Shown here: positions 11,501-22,229 of the stretch, piece by piece
Numbering within the stretch: the first letter of the stretch is position 1
Layout: each line of letters opens with the position of its first letter
Position numbers and translations under genes: made by a program
The notes under the pieces: generated by a model
Told to the model about the DNA's origin: nothing
Seen by the model: the letters and a program-made list of their open reading frames with translations, nothing else
Databases searched by the model: none
Source of the DNA: Takakia lepidozioides
Taxonomy: Eukaryota; Plantae; Bryophyta
DNA: 64,000 bases
Direction: 5' to 3'
Assembly (NCBI GenBank): GCA_030704615.1
Contig: CM060733.1
Location: forward strand, 50,654,001 to 50,718,000

Positions 11501-12389
11501 ATTTGCTCACGCCACAACGCAGACATTTTGGTTCTGTAGGCACGACATAATGACCTGTGTATTTGGCAAGCCCAAGTACGGGATTCAGGGAATGCCGGAG
11601 CCTCCGGGCGTCTGGCCTGTTGCACCGGGTTGCAGCCTCTCTCAGAATGAGGCGGATGCTCTATCTGCAGCAGGATTTCGAATGGTGCAACGCACAGACA
11701 TCCCGGCCCACGCATTTCCGGTTCCTCAGACCCAGCCATTGCATACTGCTCGGTCCAGTAGAGACGGATTGGACAATTCTGCACATCCCACAATGCGATT
11801 CGGAAGAGTGAAGAGACGACACCCTCCCAACAAGTTGAATGAGACTCGGATTGCCAATGCTCTTGGGATGGCTTGCACTATTCAGAGCTCCGTGGACGTA
11901 CCCCCACCCGGCCTTGGGCGTGTGTATCGGATGGCAACGGCCGGCTCGGCTGTACGCGACGATGTATACACAATTACGATTGGAGTGGAGCCGACTTGCA
12001 ACTGTACGGACTTCTCGTTGATGGAAGCAAAGAAGGGTTCGAAGTATTATCCGTGCAAGCATCTGTATTACATTTACCTGAAGAGGTTGAGGATGAACGT
12101 GACTATTGATGACTTTATTCATGCACCGGCGTTGAGCGTGAACGAGCTGCACAAACTCCTCTTAGGGATTCCAGAAATCATTGATGGGGCAAACGGAATC
12201 CTCCATATGGATATTTTCAAATGCATTTTGCTGTATCAGACTTTTTTTTTGCAGTGTAATGAAATGCACCCCAAAACTCCTGGAATGAGGCAATATTCCA
12301 TTCAAACTGAGATCCAACAGAAGCAGTTCTGGGGCCATTTCTGGAAAAATGGCGCCGAATTTCTCTTTTTGGGGCCGAAAACTCGCTAA
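8593..12389 (+). CDS. MULE/Mutator-family DDE transposase with N-terminal GCM/WRKY-like zinc finger and C-terminal SWIM finger (2 exons: 8593-10680, 10767-12389; ~1236 aa)
   Basis: WVMFDH (D1), FMADNAQANWAAIRRVY (D2), ERSCGFH (CxxH), TTNMAESVH (E), SWIM TCNCTDF...PCKH, GCM-like CAGALRC...CAHC...C...HVGSHCH. GAG|GTGAGT...TGCAG|GAA phase-0 intron sits at the same position in copy 2. Confidence 0.9.
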
Positions 12390-12700
12390 GTCCCAACATG
12401 CACTGGTACCTGTGTTTGGAAAATGGCGCCGAATTTCTCTTTTTGGGGCCGAAAACTGGCTAAGTCCCAACATGCACTGGTACCGTGTCTGGAAAAATGG
12501 CGCCGAATTTCTCTTTTTTGGGCCGAAAACTGGCTAAGTCCGAACATGCACTGGAAAAATGGCGCCGAATTACCTGTCATGAGGGGACCTATAGCCGCGG
12601 AATTCGGCACCATTTTTCGCCAGAGAGACCTATTGCCGCGAAATACGTCGCCGTTTTTTCAGGTTACGGACCCTATTACCGCGAAATTCGGCGCCATATT
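12340..12700. repeat. Subterminal array of AAATGGCGCCGAATT units (74-bp spacing, then shorter)
   Basis: Cores at 12351, 12425, 12499, 12561, degenerate ones at 12606 and 12647, and 12690. The first units share GCTAAGTCCC with the intronic array. Confidence 0.9.
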
Positions 12701-12904
12701 TGCACATGTCGCTAGGAATTGGCATGAGCGGAAGACAAAATATCATGAGCACAACTGTCAAAAGTGCAATTTTCCCTTCAAGGGGCCGAATAATATATTT
12801 GTTTTTTCTGACACATTGCATTAAATTATTGTTTTTTATTGTTTTTTATTGTTTTTCATTTTCGAAATTTGTACTTCTGCTCATGAAAACCGATTGTGTT
12901 ACTA

Positions 12905-12960
12905 CTCTGCTCATGCCGCTCATGCCGCTCATGCCGCTCATGCTCATGAAATAGCAAACC
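12905..12960. repeat. Putative right terminus/TIR of MULE copy 1 with GCTCATGCC iterations
   Basis: (GCTCATGCC)3 then GCTCATGAAATAGCAAACC; matches 22935-22953 and 49620-49638. Confidence 0.6.
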
Positions 12961-13099
12961 TCGCGCAATTGATAGAACAAGGGAATGCTAATGAAGGTAC
13001 CTTCTTCAACACATTTCAGCCTGTTTTTTCTTGTTATCAGAGTCGTCCCTAAATTTCCGGATGGCCGGATTCCAAGCTCCAGATTACCTATGATTCCAT

Positions 13100-16000
13100 G
13101 TGGAAGGATAGCTACAAGAAACCTGGATGGGTAGATGGTCAACTCGAAGCCACTGTAGCAGCTGCAGAGGCATGATGTACGCATTGTTAGTGTGGAGGGA
13201 GGGGTAGCTGTTGATGCAGGGAGAGGATCGTGGGTGCAAAATCATCCAAGAGGGCCAGATTTGGAGCAAGGAACAGCGCTGGCAGGAGTTCTATAAATAT
13301 GATCCACAGCGGTGGGACAATATTGTCAACAAGGTGAGCTTTCTTCATGCAACATCGTAGGGAGTTTGACAGAACTTTGTATTTAAATATGTTAGTATGG
13401 AGGGAGGGCTAGCCGCTGATGCAAGGATGGCTGTGGTTCAGGATCACCCAAGAGGGCTACCAGCAGTGGAAGTAGCAGCACTTGGTCAATAGCAGCAGCA
13501 AGAATTAGCAGCGTCAAACTCATCAATCAGGTACTTGCTTCTGTACACATTTCATCCTCTTATCAACGTAGTCCTGCTTGGATAGCCTATAGGGTTGTAT
13601 AAAACAGGACTTTGGAACCTTCCAACCCGGGTGCTTTGTTATTGGTCTATCAAGGTCTGATTTGAAATGTTTTCATTGCATTTTGCAGGTGAACTCATCA
13701 TGGAAGAAGAGTTGGAAGTAAAAGTCCTGCTCGTTGGAGGAGATGCATCACCAAACAGGCTTGGTTCTGTGTTCACTATGCAAGGTGTCACATTCAAATG
13801 CATCCGAGCAGAAATTCTAGGTGATGAGCTTGTCTCAGGAAAATTTCATTTCCTTTCCATGGGGGTAGTGTCCTTTCAGCCAAGCAGGAAGAAGAGGATG
13901 GTTCTGAAAGGGGATACTGTACACATTAAGATTTCAGACCAAAATGATGGGGACCAAGGATTGAAAAGACCTCTATCTTCCAGGGTTCTACGATCTTGCA
14001 TGAGGACAGACCAGGCGAGGGACCCGGCACCAGTGTCTAAAAAGATGAGGATGGACCCTGATACACCTTTGCTGGCGATGGTGGAAATGAAGACCATGCA
14101 CATGAGCATGCACTTCAGCAGAGATCTGGTAGATTGTGCAGCACGTTGGCTACATCCAGCGATATTCAAAATGGCAGAAAGAGATTAGAGCCGTTGAAAG
14201 GAAAATCTCTGCAGAAGGACGAATGTGACAAGTTTGAGCTGATGACAAAGGATCAACAAGGACAAGCAATGTTCCAATATGTGTGTGAGTGAGTGTGAGG
14301 ATGTGTTTATGCACGGTCTGGGAAAACAAACCATATGATGCATGTGCAAACTTTATGAGATCTCATTTGAGGAGTGAGGGGCATCGTATAGCCTATGAGG
14401 CGCTCATGAGAAGGGTTCATCACATGTGTCATCAGCCCTGTAAATGCAGATGAAGCATTAGATGCAAAGAAGAACAAGGTGAAGGAGGCATTAGAGAAGT
14501 CGCTCGGTTTGTGAGGACAATCCTGGAAACAGATTTGAGATTGTGGAAGCCACAATTGGAGACTATTCGCAGTTGGGTTCATTTCATGCTACATCGACAT
14601 TTTTTTGTCTCCTCACATGTCATTGTGTGAGAGGGTACAATCTGCTGTGAAGGTATCGTTTTTTTTTCAGATTGTGGAAGTTGTTGGCTATTCCACCACG
14701 AGGTGTATAATCTGAAACCCTTCTTCTTAGCAGGGAAGCATACGGGATTTACAAATTTCATGCCACTACGTGGTTCTACTTATCAAATTGTTCAAGGATA
14801 AGTTTAATCATGTGCAAGTTCCTTTGAACCTGTGGTCAGTTCGATGTGTGTGAAATATTCTTCAGCAAAGTGGGAGGTATGTTACGGAATGAGAGGACAT
14901 ATGACGGGTGTGATTTGATTGAGAGTGCGGGAGCATTAACACGCATATTCGAGTTCGAGGTGAATCCAAAAGGACCCAAGTTCTCAAGAGCTCACAAGAA
15001 ACAAGAAACAATTGGTCTTCTTGAGAAGAAGAAAGCCAGGTATCCCCTTTGCTGATTTGTCCGACTTTTCTACTGTCCAATCGAATGATTGCATTGTGGA
15101 GGCTTTGAAAACTGGATTTCTAGAAAGCGCAACTTTTATGCCATAAACTTGGGTGAACCAAACAAAGCGACAAACTGGATTGGTGGAATGAGCCATGGAC
15201 AATTGAGAGACAAATGGAGGCCGAGCTATTCAAAAGCATGGAAGAGGAGGGTGATGATGTCGATGCCATTGATTCTATTTGTCTTCTTAATGCAGACACA
15301 CATATTCAAAATGGGTCGTGGAAGATGAATTGGTGTGCGGGCCTTCGAATTCAATGGAGGAGGTTTTGAGCCGACCTTTGGATGATCATGCGGAAGAGGT
15401 ACTTGTTCAAAGTGAATTGAGACATACTCTGGATGCTGTCATATTGATAGTTTGAACAAGAGAAAGATGGATCGAAGGCGGTGGTTCCATTGTCAAAGTA
15501 GACGGGAAGACCCTATTCAAAAGCACTTGGTTAGCCAACTCAATGGCAACCTACTCTATCCAAGGATAGATTGACACGAGTAAGAAGTGCATCGATGTTG
15601 TTTTGCCAAGAAAACAAACCAACTACCAGCAAACAAAGCCACGAGCTTGGGATGGGTTCGGATTGTGCTGTATTTTGTTGATGAGGAGACTGCGATCCAA
15701 ACTACAAACAGGAAAGGCAGACCAGGGAAAACATGCAGGCGAAGCAACCAAAGGCAATTGGTATTTGGGCAGGGTTCAAAGAATGCGGAAGAAAATCAAT
15801 AAGCGTTTGTAGGAATGTAGGGATTCTGTTGATGTATTGCGGAGCGTCCTTCTCATATGGAGATTGGGTTAGCATGGTACCAAAAATTCGAGGAGGGGTC
15901 TATACGTACGATTTGACGGATAATGAGGTTGATTTGGATTCCATTATGCGTTAGCATGATTAAAGTACAATGTCAAGTCAAACATATGTACTTGATGCAA

Positions 16001-16380
16001 ATGACCGAAAAAATCTTTGACAACTTATTAAAGGCAAATAATTTTTTAATTAAATTGTTAGATTTTTTATTAGTTTTAAATGAATAATTCGATATAATAT
16101 AAAAACAACATATACATATGGAGGGTTATTTTTAATGAGGAAAATGAGAATATACATACAACAGGGGTACTTTGTATATGTACAGGAGGGGGTTTTTAAT
16201 CTTCAAAAAGTATGTACAGAGGGGTATTTATAATCTTTTATTACAGGTATCGGTTTATAAATACACTCACAGAGTGGTTTGTATACAGAGCCCGTATATT
16301 GATGTGCGTAACGTCTAATAAATAGGGGGTTTTTTTATTAGGCGACGAACGCACGTGATACGCACAGTTTTTAAATAGTG
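13100..16380. mobile_element. Decayed element with CACTA-type right end; internal broken ORFs unassigned
   Basis: Ends ...CAGTTTTTAAATAGTG at 16380 (reverse complement CACTATTTAAAAACTG). AT-rich subterminal AGGGGGT/TATTT repeats at 16100-16340. Abuts the truncated MULE transposase. Left boundary not found. Confidence 0.5.
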
Positions 16381-17485
16381 CACCCCCCGGGCTCCCATGT
16401 GTGCAGCTCCAATGTCAGGAACCACATTGTCGGCTGCAAGAAACGAATCGGAAGAGGATCAGACATGCACTCCATCTTGGAAGTGAAGCGCACATGCGGC
16501 TACGACTTCATCCCAGGCAGCTTCTTTCCTGGTCAAGGCTTAGAGACGGACAGGTGCTTCATATTTAAGATGTCAACGTGCAGACCGGGGAGCGGTGTCG
16601 ATTTGGTGAAGCGGATGACCAGTGGAGACCTCTCAAATTGTTGGGTCATGTTCGACCACATTCGGCGAATTACCAACCACAATTGGGTGACAATGGGGCA
16701 CATGTATACGACCCACATTGCAGAAAGTTGATGACCATTGCTATCTGCGAAATGAAAGGAGAAGACACAGCTTCGGAGTTGCATATGTGGCGCGGAATTA
16801 ATGAGCAAATGGCGAGAGCGAAGTTGCCCCCTCCCGATTTTAGGGACTTCATGGCTGACAATGCCCAGGCGAACTGGGCTGCAGTGAGGAGGGTATATGG
16901 GGACGACCCAAAGACTCCAATGGAAGGTAAGGAGAGATCTTGCGGGTTCCACTTCATGCAGAGTTTGACGCAAAACACGAAAAGGTTTGTGGCCTCACGC
17001 CACCGGCAGGATCATATCAGTATGTGCCTTGAGTGGAAAAATGCGAATTCCATCGACGAGGCAGAGACCAAGTTTGCAACCATACGCGTCTGGTGGGTGT
17101 CTTCAGGGGCAGTGGATGTGAAAGATCAGCCAGAACTGCAAACGTGGCTTGCGTGGTGGCACTATAGATTCCGCCAGTTTGGAGACTACATGAGACAGGT
17201 AACACATTTATGTACTTGACAATTGTTCTGTTTTGTGCTTGGACATTCTCCACAATGAGTGACATTTTCTAATTTCCTTCAACAGGACATGAGCTTGGAG
17301 GATGACACGGATATGCCGACGACGAACATGGCCGAATCGGGGCACTCTTCCTGGCGTGCTTCCTCTGCGGCACATCTCGTTAACATGTTGACAGCAACAA
17401 CAGAAGATATTGTGAGGGCCATCATGCAACAATCTCGTTACTACCAGTTTCTGGGAGGAAAGCAATGGGGTATCGGACCAGACAG

Positions 17486-19550
17486 GCTGCACCATCCAGA
17501 ACCGTTCGATTGTGGCTATATATCGGATATCACCGGCGCCGGAAATCGATCTGCGAGACAATGTATCGCACTATCCCATTGAAGGAGTTCCAGCGGGCAA
17601 CCTGGCTTCCACCTCTATATAAGGTCTGAGTGCAAACTATTCAAACTTCTATCTCCATACCTCTCACTTGCAGATTGTGTTCCCCGCACCTCTCTGGTCA
17701 TCTCCCACCTCACTGCCCGTAGTGCACCTCTTTGAGCATCTTGTACCTCTGTGGCCATCGCAGGTGTACCTCTTTGAATTTCCATAATCTCTCGTGTGAA
17801 CTGCATTTTCTCCCGTAGAAAATGTTATGACATCTGTGTGTTTTCGATAGTCTACAGGAAAATCTACTTATTTCTCACCTACATGTTTAGAAATTACAGT
17901 CCAATACTCACCTTTCGTTGTATTTGTCCATCTCTCCAATTTCTGTATTTCGTCATCCCTCAAGTCGTGGACCTCCACTGGACAGTCGCGTCAATGCTCA
18001 CATTCATCCGTCATTACAACTATTCATCCACGTAACCATATTCATCCACTAGTATTCAGCCATCCGACTTTTTCATCTATGTCTCATCCAACCTCCACTG
18101 TACAGTGGAGGTTATACAATTAGACTCAATCTTCACATGACATGTTCCAGAACAAACAATAATTCCATTTCTATTTTACTTCTCTTAAACGTTCATACGC
18201 GAGTGTATTTCTTTTTATTGTATTGATTCATCTCTGAATATAGTCTTAACTCATACTGCTTATTATTGTGAGTAAGGTCGTCACGGAGGGTTTTTCAGTT
18301 TCTTGAACCTCGCGTGTGCAGTGGAGGTTCCGGTGATCATGAGTTTAGAGACGGGTCAAAGAGTGTTTCTTCTTACTCTTTCCCGGGTCTTCATCTGCAG
18401 TAGCAACTGGGGACTGCCTTAATGTCTCCGGGATTGGGACTTGTCATGGACAACAATTATCTTCCTCAACCATTTCAGACCATTTCAGTGGTTCTCATCT
18501 CCTGTGATGAAGCACACTCATTATGTCCTCTTCCTTATGGACATATGGATGCTGACACCTTGAAGGAGGCCATTGGGACCCCGGTGGTGTGGAATGTTGG
18601 CAAAGTTCATGCGGAGAATAACGAGTATCAAGGAGGGCTTGACATGAATCCTGATTTTACGCCGGAGACAAGGTATACTACCAAAAATTATGACTTCGAC
18701 GAGGATGAATCAAACCACAGACCATCGAAGAGTTTCGGGAATCCGAACGGAGGACTCGAAGAAACAACTGGAGAAACTTGCAGTGCATACTGTTGGGTGA
18801 TGATGGGGGTGCACTGTTTGAGGGGAGGATTCAAGCTTGCATTCTGGACGAGGTGATCCTCAATGACAAACTGGGAGAGGACGATGTTGGAGTTATTGTC
18901 ACCAGAATACTTTCTGGAGGATCTGGATCTTTGATGTCTCTTGTAAAATGGCCTTTAATAAAAACACGACTTTTGGAAAGTGGGTGACTACCCTCAAATG
19001 ATCTGCACATCAGCTGGTAGCTCAGCTGGTAAGTGCACAGTGTGTCGCCCTGGTGGTTCGGGCTTCAAACCCGCTGCCCTGCCTTGTGTGTGGATTGTTC
19101 GTGACCGGCTGGTCTGGTGGTGATGTTTCCCAACTGTGTGCCTAATGGCTTATCTGAAAAGGGGTTAATTTTTTCCCCTCCTCAAGGGCCTGAATTGTGA
19201 GCAGTCGCTCCCAGGTTTCCTTAAAGAAAATAAAATAAAATGATCTGGAGAATTTTATTAGATCTTCTGACAGTATCTTGTACGAAGATCACGAGGCAGG
19301 TGTGAAGAAAGCGGCGTATCGGCATTTTACGATGAAGAAGAGGGATCGAGATTTGGAACATTCCAAAAAATAAAATAAAGAATCTTACTCTGGAGGAAGT
19401 CCGGTCCGTGAGCAGCAAACCTTGCTGCAGACTTCACTGCTGTCAATATTTCGATTGGCAAAAAACCTTGGCTATCCGTACTTCGTTTTGGGGATGCACC
19501 CCATGGATCTCCAGGTCAAGAACATAATGGCTATTGGTGATGGAATTACA
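17486..19550 (+). mobile_element. Insertion in copy 2 containing degenerate CACTA TnpA-like (En/Spm-associated) coding fragments (~18340-18987)
   Basis: Peptides such as SLCPLPYGHMDADTLKEAIGTPVVW resemble En/Spm TnpA C-terminal modules and the 39824-40099 ORF. Boundaries approximate. Confidence 0.45.
19006..19237 (+). mobile_element. tRNA-derived SINE with 10-bp target-site duplication
   Basis: A-box TAGCTCAGCTGG (19018-19029), B-box-like GGCTTCAAACCC (19061-19072), A-rich tail. AAATGATCTG flanks both sides (18996-19005, 19238-19247). Confidence 0.8.
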
Positions 19551-21361
19551 ACTCTAGCACGATAATAGGAGCAACATGTTGTCCCGAGTCTGGCAGCGAT
19601 TCCATGGATGCTGCAGAAGAGGGGGTACGAGTCCTGCTGGGAGGAGGCCTGGGACGCAACATCGTTGCGCCCCGAGGTTGAGTGCGGATGTTCATATCTG
19701 ATCTCCATGAATCCCCGTCGACTCCGGGCATGTCCTCAATTCTTCTCTTCACCGGCCGGCTGCGGACATCGCCCTCCAGGCAGTTCCCCCCAATACAGCA
19801 TTCCAATCGTGGAGCGAGATGTGTCGGCCTCGCAGTGGAGAATTGCACGGACCCGTCTGTCATTTCGTGGCAAATGTTGTGCTGTTCGTGTCGACACCAA
19901 CCAGAGATGCAATGAGATGATTCGGAGGAGCCCGCAGGGCGATGTGCCTGCCCCTTGCTTCACATGGAGATTTGTGTGCGCAAAGTTTGTGGAGGCCACA
20001 CTGAAGGAGTTTTTGGTTCTGCAGGCACGACATCATGTCGTGTGTGTTTGGCAAGCCCAAGTATGGTGTACAAGGCATGCCTGAACCACCAGCAGTCTGG
20101 CCTATGGCAACTGGTACAGATCTTACCCTGGAGGAGGCAAACGCTCTAGGAAGTGTAGGGTTTCGACTGGTGGGGAGGACAGATGTTCCACAAAATCAGA
20201 TTCCCATTCCTCATCCTCCTCCCACGAGAAGATCTTCGCCCCGCATACCGGTGGGTGACCCCGCAACTTGGCCCACCCATCGGTGGGGGAAACTGAAAAG
20301 ACGGCGGCCACCAACAAAGGCGAACGACACCATGATGGCCAATGCTCTTGCAATGCCCTGCATAGTGCAAGGTTGCAGGGATGTTCCTCACCCCGAGATG
20401 GGGCGCATATTTCAGTTGTCAACAGCCGGGTCTGCTGTGCGCAGTGTCGTGTATGCAATCACGGTTTCTCAGTACCCAGCTTGCAACTGTGAGGACTTCC
20501 TTGTTATGGGATCGAAAAATGCAGCATACGTCCCCTGCAAACACCTTTATTACATTTTTCTGAAGCGCATGAGTTGCATATCCGCAGTGGACGTCTTCAT
20601 CCATGCTCCAACACTGAGTTTCAACGAGCTGCACAAGGCCCTACGGCAAGATACAGATCGGACTGCCTGACATTCCACATTCGGGAAGGAGAAAGTGGCA
20701 ATTATATTACATTCTTCTTGCACCCTATTTTTTTGTGAGGAATTATACACTTGGTGGTGCCGCACCGCCATGGTTCCAAGTGCATTTCGGTGCCGCAATA
20801 CATGAGAATGTGGTTTTTGGCCGTGAATGGCATGGGCATGCTTTTTTTATTTTGGTTATGTCTATAAATGGATCCGAGGAAAGCATACATTGTGTGGAGA
20901 TACATGGGTGTTGTGGCCTATTTCAGCGTCGTTATTGGTCTGTATACAGCATAGTGCTTCCTTGTTGCTGCTCTTCATTCAATTTGTGGTGATTGCGCAG
21001 CCCATCCTGGCGTTTTCGTCCACCTTTATGAGAAGACTCCAATTTGCTACCAATACATTGTCAGTGTTCTGCAAATGTGATGCATCTACAAGATTGCTAG
21101 TTCTGTGTCCCAGTGGGAAGGGTCCTACTGCACATTCCAGCATTTGCAGACTGCACCTTGTGCACCTTGTGCAAACAACAATCCATACGACAAAGGACAC
21201 GTCCTAGCATACTGACAGTGAATTGCAAAAAACCTTAACAGAAGATTATGCAAGCATGTATATTCCCCATATGGCACAGGGAAGCTACTTGATTTCTGAA
21301 TCAAAATGTATGTGCCATGAGTGTCGGCGAGTCGAAACATGTATACTCTAGCATGCAAGAC

Positions 21362-21961
21362 CTATGGTCCCCTCGCCCAAGAAAAAGGAACTCGAACTGG
21401 CCTCTCAAGGACCTCCTGAGTGACCGGGTGCCGATATTTGAACAAAATGTCAGCGGTTTCTGTCGCCCGGTTGAAACTAACGAGGATGTTGTGTTTATCG
21501 ATAGCGCCCCCTTGGTAGAAGGACATCTTCACATTGGGCCCTGTGTTCCCCTCCTCCTCATCCTCATAACTGAAGAGAATGTCCCCACTTTCCGAGCCAG
21601 TCCGTCCACGCGTGAAGTTTTCACCTATGCACTCATCATACGTCCACTGGCAACAATTCCAGCGATATAGCAACGCTGTGCGTGATCTGTTTGGCTCCCA
21701 CTCAAGCGGAAAGTCCAGGTCCATGATGCGTAGGAACCACCTGCTCCCCAGCCGGGGTCCAGGAGAATCGTGCAATCCTGGAAGAAACTCCATTGCTCTC
21801 AACTGGACAAGTCGAGGATCGTCCCTGTAAACATCTAGGAAGACAATGATGTCGTCTGCTTTCGGGACAATGACTCCCGTCTGGCGTCGATAGATGTGAT
21901 TCGGGCGTGACATGGCCTCACGACACAGCAAGAACTCAGAGCAGGGAGGAGATGGGCACAA
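21362..21961 (-). CDS. Hypothetical protein (~185-199 aa), possible accessory gene of MULE copy 2
   Basis: Open frame with globular-looking composition, between the transposase stop and the subterminal array, convergent with the transposase. No family recognised. Confidence 0.4.
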   Translation of the reverse strand: MCPSPPCSEFLLCREAMSRPNHIYRRQTGVIVPKADDIIVFLDVYRDDPRLVQLRAMEFLPGLHDSPGPRLGSRWFLRIMDLDFPLEWEPNRSRTALLYRWNCCQWTYDECIGENFTRGRTGSESGDILFSYEDEEEGNTGPNVKMSFYQGGAIDKHNILVSFNRATETADILFKYRHPVTQEVLERPVRVPFSWARGP

Positions 21962-22229
21962 CAGAGAAGAGTGAAGAGCAAAATGAGAGCGAGGCCGGCG
22001 GAAGAGGGATATACCATTGCTGCACTGCCAATGTCGTATGCGGCAGAACTTCTATTTCCTCCGACATGTGTGCTTCTATTAGACAAATCCGCACCAATTT
22101 CAGGAAAGTTTGCAAAACTCCCTCACCGTAAGGCGGGTATTTGCTCTCCGGAGCAAACAATCTGCATGGAATATATGCTATGAATCGTGATGGCTCATCT
22201 TCTCCTGGCTTGGCCTATTCATTATTGTC

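Larger units (their letters stand above)
1..12960. mobile_element. Large Mutator-like (MULE) DNA transposon, copy 1; left end outside window; carries transposase plus ParB-like/DNA methyltransferase-like gene
   Basis: MULE DDE transposase at 8593-12389. The same GGCGCCGAATT palindrome arrays occur from 1730 to 12700 and link both genes. The putative right terminus ...GCTCATGAAATAGCAAACC (12942-12960) recurs at the end of the related copy (22935-22953), where it truncates a CACTA ORF. TSD and left TIR cannot be checked. Confidence 0.75.
16393..20670 (+). pseudogene. MULE transposase pseudogene (fragments 16393-17198, 17286-17485, inverted ~19560-19780, ~19785-20670)
   Basis: SHVCSSNVRNHIVGCK, FMADNAQANWAAVRRVY, ERSCGFH, TTNMAESGHSSWR and SWIM ACNCEDF..PCKH all match copy 1. 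Frameshifts near 16697 and ~20010. A ~2-kb insertion follows 17485. Confidence 0.9.

Noticed and set aside
19011-19080. tRNA gene
   Set aside because: No convincing cloverleaf; it has a 3' body, A-tail and TSD, so it is called a SINE.
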